Below, piece after piece: positions 54,057 through 64,000 of a DNA stretch of 64,000 nucleotides. The DNA is taken from the NCBI GenBank assembly GCA_951406725.2, contig OX597821.1:72230001-72294000 (forward strand). Direction: 5' to 3'. Below the pieces are notes generated by a model. It saw nothing but the letters and a program-made list of their open reading frames with translations. It ran no database searches and was not told the DNA's origin. Numbering within the stretch: the first letter of the stretch is position 1; the number at the start of each line of letters is the position of its first letter. Position numbers and translations under genes: made by a program. This DNA comes from Octopus vulgaris. Lineage: Eukaryota.

Positions 54057-57000
54057 ATGGGTGCATGCTCACACAATACAATGCTCAGCATTTAAACAGG
54101 CCATACCAGGCTCAAATATTCCACTTGTTTTCCTGTTCAAATTGGCCAGATCCAGCCTCTCACGTCTATCCTACAATGCCGTTCTAAAAATAAACACTCA
54201 CATCATCGAAATCTAAAAGCTAAGAGATAATGCAGGATTAATTCAAAACAATATGAACTGATAAACATTACATTTGACAGCGGAATCTGAAATGCTAAAG
54301 GGTTTATCATAAATTCAGTGAACAGAGATTTCTTTAGGATTCATAAATTGGTACCGTTTCAGACACATTTGAGAGAGAAAGAGTAAATAAATAATTAGGA
54401 ATAAACAATACTTCTGACAATGAGAAAAGATATTTGGTCAGTGTTACATCGTTAACAGACATTCGTTAGAGCAGTCTAACATCAATGCTCACTCACCTTA
54501 GTGCACGAGTGCTGAGTTTTCCCTCAACATATTGGTGACAAACAACTAGAGAATGCTTCTATGCTTTTTAATAATTCTTTAATTAAACAGGTTGAAGGAG
54601 TAATGCAAAAATTTCTTCAATTTTTTTCTTTCAATCTGCCATGTCTGATTAGAACCACTCAGTTTCACTTGATGGATTTTCACATTTCTTGCAATTAACT
54701 TCTAATCTTTCAAAAGCTGACCAGATTTAGGAGCAAAGATAAGAAAATAAAACCTATATTCCAATGAATATCAATAGTTTTAGTAAAACGTTAAGGATTT
54801 CTTTTTTCTTGTTAGTCTTTTGTCTAATTTTTTTAATACTTTCTCTAGTTATTTTTTTTATTTATTTATGGCAACTTTTAGCCTTTCAAGGAAGAAATTC
54901 AGTTTTGCACACAATAAAAGGGACTGTTAGCTTTTCATGGAATGAAATAAAAATATTTTATTATAACATAACAAAAAGAAAAAAAGAAACACATTGTTAT
55001 GGAAGAAAAAAAAACATGGAAAGAAATTTAGCTTAAGTTCACACACACACTCTGTAAATGCATACATACACACATATATATATATAGATATGTACATATG
55101 TGATTACATACACACACACACGCGCATACATAGCCACACATATATACATGGAAACATTGAGATGACATAACTTTTCAAGAAAATTGAAAAGGCTATTAAC
55201 AAAGTGTAATAATAATAATAGTAATAATAATAGCTTTAACATATAAAAATGAGATTGTTGAAATCTAGATTCCACACAGAAATAAATTATTAAAAAAACC
55301 ACAATTGTCTTATAGTGAAGGAGAAAATCAATGTTTCTGTAACAGCAAAAAAAGCAACCTAAGAAAAGAAAAGTAAAACAACTAATATTGGCAGAAAGCC
55401 AAAAAGTTTTTGGGGGGGAGGCAGGGTCAATTAGATTGATCCCAAAACATAACTGGTATTTTTATTCCTATTGACTCAAGAGAGACAAAAGTGAAAGATG
55501 ACCCTTGGGGAGGGGACACAAAATATAAACTAAATACCACAAGGCATCCATCATAATAATCCTTTCTATAATAAGTACAAGGCCTGAAAATTTGCAGGAA
55601 GGGGGATAGTCAATTACATCGACCCCAGTGCATGACTGGTACTTATTTCATCAATTCTGAAAGGATTAAAAGTAAAATCAAACTTGACAGAATTTGAATG
55701 CCACTAAGCATTTTGTCCAATAACGATTCTGACAGCTCACCACCTTATTAATGGTTCCTAAGACAGGCACAAGGCTAGAGATTTATGAAAAGGGAGTTCA
55801 TTGATTAAATCCTTGCCCTCAGTACTCGACCGTTTCATAATATTATAAAAGCCTGGAATGGTGAAAGGCAAAGTTAACACTTGGAGAAAAGTAAGAGGTC
55901 AGAACAACAACTGCAAGACATTTGGCCCATTGCTCTGCTGATTCTACCAATCTGCCACCAGAAATTTGGTAGGAGCAAACTCATTTATATCATCTAACCC
56001 AGCGTATGACTGGTATGTTAGTTTATCAGCTCCAGAAGAATTAACACAAAGCTTACCATAGCAACACTTGAACTCCGAATCAGAGCCAGAACGAATACTG
56101 CAAAGCAATTGTCCAACAATTCTGATAATCAACCAGTTAAGAAGAAGAAGAAGAAGATCCCTAACTTTACCACAAGGACCAACAATTTGCAAGAGGGTCC
56201 AACGAATTTAACAGATCCTCCAGTGCTTCACTGGTCCCTATTTTATTGATTCCAGACAGATGGATGGTAAGGAAGTCTTTGGCAAGGTTTCAATTCAGAG
56301 ATTTAGCTAGCCACCAGGAATCTTGTGAAGTACTCTGATTCTGCCATCAATAATAATGGTACTAAGTTTTAGCAGAAGGCCAGTAGTTTGATGGGAGGGG
56401 CTAAGTCAATTACATCGACCCCTGGTGTTCAACTGGTACTTATTTTATTGACCCTGAATGGATGAAGGGCAAAGTCAACCCTGGCAGCATTTGAACTCAG
56501 AACAGCGAGTTTGAAGAAACACTGCCAAGCATGATGTCCGGCATGGAAACGATTCTGCCAGCTTGCTGCCTAAACAAGGAGGAGAATAATAATAATAATC
56601 CTTTCTTCTAAAAGCACAAGGCCTGAAATTGGGAGGGGGGGGGGGGGGCTAGTCAATTACATTGACCCCAGTGTTTCACTGGTCCTTAATTCATTGACCC
56701 CAAAACAATGAAAGGCAAAGTTAACTCTGGTGAAATTTGAACTCAGAACGTAAAGACAGACAAAATGCCACTAAGCATTTTACCCAGCATGGTAACAAAT
56801 CTGCCAGCTTGCTGCCTAAACAAGAAGAGGAGAATAATAATAAAAATAACAAGAAAAATTTCTTTAAATGTAATTCACCAAAAACAGTTCCGTAAAGTTG
56901 TTTTTTTTTGTTTTTATGATTCTTATTTTTTTTTTTTTTTTTTTTTTAATTTTTTTCATAATTTAGATTCCACCCTCATCTGCAAGGATATAATTGTTTT

Positions 57001-57420
57001 CCCTTTTCCTCTTTTAATTTAGTTAAAACTTCCCCAGTTTTCTTTCTCCGAATTACTCAACCCTGGATCTCCCAATATTTGTGTGGAACAACTCTTTTGG
57101 CAAAATAACAATTTAAATAATAATATGAAGAAGAATAAGAATAATAAAAAAACATAAGAAGAGAGCATGATGATGGTAAAACATTATGATTCTTGACAAT
57201 GGTTGCGGTTCTTATCTCTCAGTCCACTTTCCAGTTTTCATTAAATACTGATAAAACCAATCTGTCAAGTCTTTGTTGTTTATATTTTTATTATTATTAT
57301 TGTTGTTGCTGTTGATGTTGTTGTTAGTAGTAGTTATAGTAGTAGTAGTAGTAGTGTGGTTGTTAAAAGTAAATGTCGAAGTAGATCCTAAGAGAAGTAA
57401 GCTAAGTAGAGAGGAATCCA

Positions 57421-57570
57421 TCAGTCAATTTTGATTGCTGCATAAATTCGTCGAATAAAAAAGTATGCTGCGTAGAAGCCAATGGTGCCAGTCAGGATCC
57501 AAAACGTGAAAGACATGAGCAATGTGTAACCAAAGTAGAGAAGAGTTGGGATGAATTCTGTGATTTCGAG
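57421..57570 (-). CDS. TM9SF4: TM9SF4 (nonaspanin) terminal coding exon: [49 protein letters not shown]
   Basis: 150 nt, acceptor TTGTTTCCAG, TGA at 57423-57421; matches the recalled human TM9SF4 C-terminus ([34 protein letters not shown]) including the KxD end. Confidence 0.95.
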   Translation of the reverse strand, partial: LEITEFIPTLLYFGYTLLMSFTFWILTGTIGFYAAYFFIRRIYAAIKID

Positions 57571-57639
57571 CTGGAAACAACAAAAAAAAGGACAGAATTA
57601 ATAGAGATTATCCAGGCACAGCAAAGGATAAAGAATATA

Positions 57640-57872
57640 TATTTCTTTATTGCCCACAAGGGGCTAAACATAGAGGGGACAAACAAGGACAGACAAAGGG
57701 ATTAAGTGGATTATATCGACCCCAGTGCGAAACTGGTACTTTATTTATCGACCTCGGAAGGATGAAAGGCAAAGTCGACCTCGGAGGAATTTGAACTCAG
57801 AACATAAAGACAGACGAAATACCGCTAAGCATTTCGCCCAGCCAGTTAACATTTCTGCCAGCTCGCCACCTT
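57640..57872 (-). mobile_element. SINE monomer in the last TM9SF4 intron with a 16-bp TSD
   Basis: Reverse complement of the 12798 SINE; TSD AAGGATAAAGAATATA at 57624-57639 and 57873-57888. Confidence 0.92.
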
Positions 57873-58189
57873 AAGGATAAAGAATATAATTAAACTAATA
57901 ACGATGACTCATAATCAGATAATTTCACACAGTTTCAGGAGTTGGGAGGGTGGGGTTAGTCAATGTAATTGACACAGGACTTTGCTGGTATTCATTTTTA
58001 ACAATTCCTGAGCAATGACAGGTAAATGTCAATACTGAGATTTCAATCTGAAAAATAAATGGCAGAGTCATTTGCACATTGGGGCAAAATGCTTGGTGAT
58101 ATTTCATCCCGCTTCATCATCATCATCATTTAATGTCCGCATGCATAACCAGCCCCACTTATGAGTACCCTTTATTCATTGGACAAATA

Positions 58190-58680
58190 AACTTTGCTTG
58201 CAAAGACCTGTTGAGGCAAGTGAAATCAAAATGGCTGATGTGGCCTGATTGGCACTTGTGACAGTGGAACGTTAAAAGCACCATCAGAGTGTGATCACTG
58301 CCAGGGCCACAGATTGGCTCCCGTGCCGGTGGCACATAAAAAGCACCATTCAAGCATGATCATTGCCAGCATTGCCTTACTGGCACATGTGCCGGTAGCT
58401 TGTGAGAAACAACATTTGAGCGTGGTCATTGCCAGTGCTGCTAGACTGGCTTCCATACAAGTGGCACGTAAAAAACGCCTGACTGACCCTCATGCCAGTG
58501 ACACGTAAAAGCACCCACTACACTCTCAGAGTGGTTGGTGTTAGGATGGGCATCCAGCTGTAGAAACTCTGCCAGATAAGATTGGAGCCTGGTGCAGCCT
58601 TCTGGCTCACCAGTCCTCAGTCAAACCATCCAACCCATGCCAGCATGGAAAGCGGACATTAAACAATGATGATGATGATG
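58190..58680 (+). mobile_element. (GAT)n-tailed interspersed repeat (SINE with an RTE-like 3' end, inferred); further fragments at ~58680-58860, ~59030-59220, ~59490-59585, ~63480-63612
   Basis: GAGTGGTTGGTGTTAGGATGGGCATCCAGCTGTAGAAAC..CAACCCATGCCAGCATGGAAAGCGGACATTAAAC(GAT)n recurs in both orientations through the TM9SF4 introns. Confidence 0.75.
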
Positions 58681-60183
58681 TCCATGCTGACATGGGTTGG
58701 ATGGTTTGACCAGGACCGGAAAGCTGGAAGGCTGCACCAAACTCGTCTGATTTGGCATGGTTTCTACGGCTGGATGCCCTTCCTAACACCAACCACTTTA
58801 CAGAGCGTAATGAGTGCTTTTACATGCCACCAGCACAGGTGCCTTTTGCATGACACCAGTATCAGCCATGGTTGAATTTGCCCTTCGTCCTTTTCAGGGT
58901 TAATAAAATAACTACCATTAGAGAACTGAGATCAATGTAACTGACTTAGGCCCCCACCCCCACCCCAAATTTGCTGGCGTTGTGCCAAAATTTGCCCTCA
59001 TACTGATCCATGTAAAGAGCGCTCAACACCAGCCCACATAAAAAGCACCCATGCTGATGCCATGTGAAAAGAATTCAGCTCATTCTGTGAAGTGGTTGGC
59101 ATTAGGAAGGGCTTCCAGTCGTAGAAACCAGGCCAAACCAAGCTGAAATCTGGAATGGCTCTCCAGCTTGCCATAATCCAACCCATGCCATCATGGAAAA
59201 TAGACATCGAATGATGATGATGGTAATGAATGCTATTAGAGATTGAAACTGGGGCTCCACTATTTCTGCTATCCAATGCAGTAATAATAATAATCCTTTC
59301 CACAAGAGGCACAAGGCCTGAAATTTTAGGGGAAGGGACTAGTTGATTATATCATCAACCCCAATACCTGACTGGTACTTATTTCATCAACCCCAAAAAG
59401 AATGAAAAGCAAAGTTGACCTCAGCAGAATTTGAACTCCGATGAAAATCCTACCAAACCTTCCATCCAACATGCTACTGGTTCTGCCAGCTCATCATCAT
59501 CATCATCATTTAATGCCCATTGTCCATGCTGGCATGGGTAGGATGGTTTGACCAAGGTTGGTAAGCTGGAAGGATGTACCAGACTCACCACCTTAATAAT
59601 AAGAAGAATCCTTTCTGCTAAAGGCACAAGGCCTGAAATGGCAGGGTGAGGGGGAGCTAATTGATTACAGCCACTCCAGTACATGACTGGTATTTATCTC
59701 ATAGAGGACAAAAGGCAAAGTCAGCAAAATTTGAACCCAGATCGTAAAGCCAAAAGAAACGCTGCTAACGATTCTGCCAGGTCCAATAATAGTTTCTAAC
59801 CTAAGCACAAAACCAGAGATTTAGGGCAGAGGAGGACTTGTATGGTTCTTTGTTTTTATCCAACCCAGAAAGAATGAAAGTTGGCCTTGGAGCAGAACAA
59901 ACACTGAAAGGCAGCATGTGCCTGATGTTCTGCTGCATCAGCCAATCATCTTCATCAGATGTAAAGTTGTTTGTTTGTTTTGTTTTTTTAATAAAACAGC
60001 TGTAAATCTAAGACTGACATTCTACTGAAAATGTGTCAAGTGTCGACTGAACCCAACCAGCAGATCATTGCAGGGATGTAGGATACAGCAGGGAACCATC
60101 ATGGAATGAAACAGCATCCAGAGAACGAAAGCAAGATTGACACACAAAACAAACACATAAAGAATATAAGATATTCATTTTAC

Positions 60184-60273
60184 CTTTGTAACAAAATAGA
60201 AGATAGAATATGCAAACATGTAGACAGCAGAACCACCAGATACAACAAAAGAATGCCACCACCAATGGTAATC
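60184..60273 (-). CDS. TM9SF4: TM9SF4 exon: [30 protein letters not shown]
   Basis: 90 nt, phase 0/0, acceptor TTTCAG, donor GTAAAA; DYxWWW..F..SGGSA nonaspanin motif. Confidence 0.95.
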
Positions 60274-60766
60274 CTGAAAGTAAATCACATACAATAATTA
60301 GTATAATTAGTATAATTATAGCTATAACAAAAATCGTAATAATGATCTCTAACACTCATTTTCACTGCTCCATTATTTTATTAATTCCAACAAGATTTGG
60401 ACTTCAAATGTAACTAAATACAACAAGGTAATTTGTTGGTTGCTCTACTGATTCTGCTGATACAGCACCATTGGTTATTAATAAAGGTATATGGCCAGGT
60501 ACCTTTGAAAGGTGCAATCAAACTTGTGGTGGCAGGGTGCTGCAGCGAACCCTTCCTCATCAAATAACTTCTCACAAACAATGCCATCACACAAAGGAAT
60601 GCAGGTAAAAAGCACCAGATTCAAAGACATGTACAGTTAGGCTCAACCTCAAAGTCCGATTTGAATGCTTACAACAGAGAAACCGCCGGAAAGACAAGGA
60701 CATTTGTTAGGACAAGGTTTACGTAAAACATTTAAGCACAATCAGATGAACTTTTGAATGACTCAC

Positions 60767-60886
60767 CTCACCACATAATTGGAAATATACCATCACAATG
60801 GAAATTTGGGACACTGAAATTACTAAAATGATGAAGACCAAGAACAAGAATCCAAACAAATAATAAAACTGATTCTCCCAAATTGC
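60767..60886 (-). CDS. TM9SF4: TM9SF4 exon: [40 protein letters not shown]
   Basis: 120 nt, phase 0/0, acceptor TTTTGTAG, donor GTGAGT; nearly identical to recalled human TM9SF4 [40 protein letters not shown]. Confidence 0.96.
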
Positions 60887-61121
60887 CTACAAAAGAAGAA
60901 AAAGGAAAAGAATATTTGAAAGAAAACGATTGGTTTATATTGAAATTATTTTTTTATTAATATTCTAATTGAAATATTCGTATAACTAATAAACAACCCC
61001 ATCAGGGGATATTAGGAGCAATTGAAATGAAAATGTGTAAAACATTATAAATAAAAGAACTGGTGAAACCATTTTCAATTTGGGATTCATATTGAATACA
61101 TTTTTTAAAAAAAACATTTCT

Positions 61122-61411
61122 AGGAAAGGAGGGAAGGGAAGGAGGTGGAGATAAGGGGAGGGGTGGCAAAGAGAAGTGGAGGGTGAAGAGAGGGGAAAGG
61201 AGGGAGATGGGGAGGGAGGGCGTATGGAGAGAGGATGGAAGGAGGGCAAAGAGAAGGTGGGTGAAGAGAAGGGGAGGCGAAGAGGAGTGAAGGGAGGGCG
61301 ATGAGGAGTGAAGGGAGGGCGATGAGGAGTGAAGGGAGGGCGATGAGGAGTGAAGAGAGGGCAAAGAGAAGGGGAGGGAGGGCGAAGAGAAGGGAAGGGA
61401 GGGTGAAGAGG
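61122..61411. repeat. Polypurine low-complexity tract containing four 21-bp tandem repeats (61276-61359)
   Basis: GGCGATGAGGAGTGAAGGGAG x4 with minor variants inside a G/A-dominated tract. Confidence 0.9.
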
Positions 61412-61890
61412 AGTTTCATGAAACACCATTCATGTTATTCTGTCAACCACAAAAAATTAGAACACTATCATTGAACTCAGAAAATAGGGCAGTTAATGGC
61501 AGCCAACGTTTCTGCTAACTCAACATTCCTCTAAATATAATGGTTTCTGAGGCAGAAAGATTATAGCTGATACCAATAAGCCTCAATATATTACTGGTAC
61601 CTGTTGGTGTTGACTCTCTCGAGGGATTGATGTCATTGATTCACCCAAGATCAATCCTGATCAAGCAAACCTAGATGACAAGCCCACCTTTTTTGTTCAG
61701 GCGCACGAGTGGGGGGGGAGACCTGATGGAGATTTGGCTGCTATTTCTAGTGGGTCAAGCAACTGCACAGGTTCCCAAGTTTGTTTGCTCATTACTGAGA
61801 GAAAAATTCTTGAACTGTTTAAATGCAGAAACTTTTATCCAGTGTGAGATGGTAATTGGAAGTGTTAAGAGGATCGTTTATTATACTTAC

Positions 61891-61954
61891 AGTGAAAATG
61901 AAGAATAACTCAATGAATACAGCTCCAAATGGCAGAATGCCAGCCATTAGTGTC
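61891..61954 (-). CDS. TM9SF4: TM9SF4 exon: (x)TLMAGILPFGAVFIELFFIFT; upstream exons lie beyond the window
   Basis: 64 nt, phase 2/0, acceptor CTGCAG, donor GTAAGT; GILPFGA.FIEL.FI nonaspanin signature; splices in frame to the next three exons. Confidence 0.95.
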
Positions 61955-62352
61955 CTGCAGCAGAAGAGAAAGAAAACAGAAAGAAACGGTCAAGTTACAC
62001 ATAAATCCAGACACAAGTATTAACAAATTAAGGACAAGCATTAAGTATATAATAGGGCTTTATAGGAATATAAAATGATAATCTCTTGTTTTACTTTGTT
62101 TTTTTAATTCTTTATATCCATCATCACCATTACCAACTTGTGTTTTCTACAGCCAGGTGCCCTTCTCGTCACCAATCCTCACCTGTTTCCAAGCAAGTTA
62201 ATTTTTCTTCCATGGCCAAACACGTTTTGCTCAGAAAAGTAGAAACCAACAACCTTGCTGGTATGACGCTGATGTTCATTCACAACCATCTTGTGATGTC
62301 AAGACAAGGCTATACATAAACACATACCTACATATAAATATATATATATATA

Positions 62353-63211
62353 TCATCATCATCATCATCATTTAACGTCCGCTTTCCATGCTAGCATGGG
62401 TTGGACGGTTCAACTGGGGTCTGGGGAGCCCGAAAGCTGCACCAGTCCAGTCAGATCTGGCAGTGTTTCTACAGCTGGATGCCCTTCCTAACGCCAACCA
62501 CTCCGAGAGTGTAGTGGGTGATTTTATGTGCCACCGACACAGGTGCCAGACAAGGCTGGCAAACGGCCACGCTCGGATGGTGTTTTTATGTGCCACCGAC
62601 ACAGGTGCCAGATGAGGCTGGCAAACGGCCACGATCAGATGGTGCTTGTTACGTGCCCACAGCACGGAGGCCAGTCGATGCGGTACTGGCTACAGCCACG
62701 TTCAGATGGTTTTCTTGTGTGCCACGTGCCACCGGCACTGGTACCACAAAGATACAAATTCCATTGATGTTCATCTAATTTGATTTGTTTTGATTTGACT
62801 TTCACTTGCCTCAACAGGTCTTCACAAGTGTCACAAGAAGGAAGGTATGCACAGGTGGACTGACTACGTCCCAGGTAGGGGCCATGGGTTATGGCCTGAC
62901 TAGTCTTGCCGGGAATAAATTATATATCATCATCTAACATCCGCTTTCCATGCCGGCATGGGGTGGACGATTTGACTGAGGACTGGCGAACCAGACGGCT
63001 GCACTAGGCTCCAATCTGATCTGGCAGAGTTTTTACAGCTGGATGCCCTTCCTAACGCCAACCACTCTGAGAGTGTAGTGGGTGCTTTTACGTGCCACCG
63101 GCATGAGGGCCAGTCAGGCGGTACTGGCAACAGCCATGCTCAAATTATGTTTTTTACATGCCACCAGCACAGGAGCCAATCCAGCAACACTGGCAACGAC
63201 CTCGCTCGAAT

Positions 63212-63212
<1 letters not shown>
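62353..63212 (-). mobile_element. Two reverse-orientation copies of the (GAT)n-tailed repeat (~62353-62820 with an internal ~62-bp tandem duplication; ~62928-63212)
   Basis: (CAT)nTTAACGTCCGCTTTCCATGC..GGATGCCCTTCCTAACGCCAACCACTC; TTTTATGTGCCACCGACACAGGTGCCAGA repeated at ~62522 and ~62584. Confidence 0.78.
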
Positions 63213-63255
<43 letters not shown>

Positions 63256-64000
63256 CAACAGGCTTTTTTCCACTCACAGGGTTATAGCAGAAGACACTTG
63301 CCCAAGGTGCCATGCAGTGTGACTAAACCTAGAACCATGTCGTCCACGCCTATGCCTATGTGATAATCATAGATAAAGCTAATATAAAATAATTATGTGA
63401 TAAGGAAGACAATGTTAGCTGAATGCCTGTTATTAGATACTGAGCAAATGTCTTTTCCATACCGCATAATTATTTGGGATTAGGCATCCTAGATAGCATC
63501 AGGAAAAACATCCAGCTGTAGAAACCATACCAAAATAGACAATGGAGCCTGGTACAGCTCCTGTCTAACTGTCCAACCCATGCCAGCATGGAAAACAGAT
63601 GTTAAATGATGAGTTTATACTCTCTGCACTACATATATTAACGTAACTATTGTTAATTCATGCCAAAGAAATTGTGTTATTTCTTCAATTAATGTATTTT
63701 TTAAAAATATTCTTGTTCCAGTTTGCTTGACTTCAAAAATAAAAACAGGTTCCATGCCAACTCCCTCATTAAGCAATTAATTGTGGGAGACCCACTAACT
63801 ACGAAAATAATGGTTTCTTCCTTAAAAAAACTACACAAGAGATGTTGAAATTAGGAATTCCAGCCAGTTAGCTGTCTGGTGCAAGAATATATATTATGTA
63901 TAAAACTAAAGGACATTTCAACATAGAAACAAACAAAAAAAAAAAAACAGTGAATGCGAAAGTTAGAGATTTTAAACATTGGCGAGAGAGAGAGAGAGAA

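Larger units (their letters stand above)
1..56977. repeat. Tandem segmental duplication array (~15.8-kb main unit plus a shorter cyclin-only unit); probably extends left of the window
   Basis: Near-identical landmarks recur: the ORF at 355 recurs at 16161, 32043 and 52630; the cyclin stop codon at 11590, 27376, 40599 and 48170. The unit junction ATTTAGATTCCACCCTC|GTCTTCAAG is at 4660 and 20465; at 56977 the same sequence continues into single-copy DNA. Unit 4661-20465 is 15805 bp. Confidence 0.97.

Noticed and set aside
60986-61429. Pro/Ser/Leu-rich minus-strand ORFs
   Set aside because: Translations of the intronic polypurine tract; the flanking TM9SF4 exons splice in frame without them.

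Overview
AT-rich, microsatellite- and SINE-laden animal DNA; the repeat families look like those of Octopus (inference from recalled repeat consensus, not a database hit). Bases 1-56977 are a tandem segmental-duplication array, probably continuing left of the window. It carries four copies of an intronless, C-terminally short, strongly diverged cyclin T-like gene on the + strand. Three copies are intact 308-aa ORFs (10664, 26450, 39673), each with a TATA+Inr promoter. The fourth (47613-48170) lost its promoter and first cyclin fold through a 1104-bp microhomology-flanked deletion. The ~15.8-kb unit also carries several kb of passenger DNA copied from just downstream of TM9SF4, whose last four coding exons lie on the minus strand at 57421-61954; the array stops ~440 bp from the TM9SF4 stop codon. 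The best candidate for an undescribed system is this amplified 'cyclin-box-only' cyclin T family. By-eye alignment to recalled human cyclin T1 suggests it keeps the AFF4/SEC-binding surface and key CDK-contact residues, but has a remodelled HEXIM/7SK groove and no His-rich CTD-binding tail. Almost all other ORFs in the supplied track are microsatellite or repeat artefacts.
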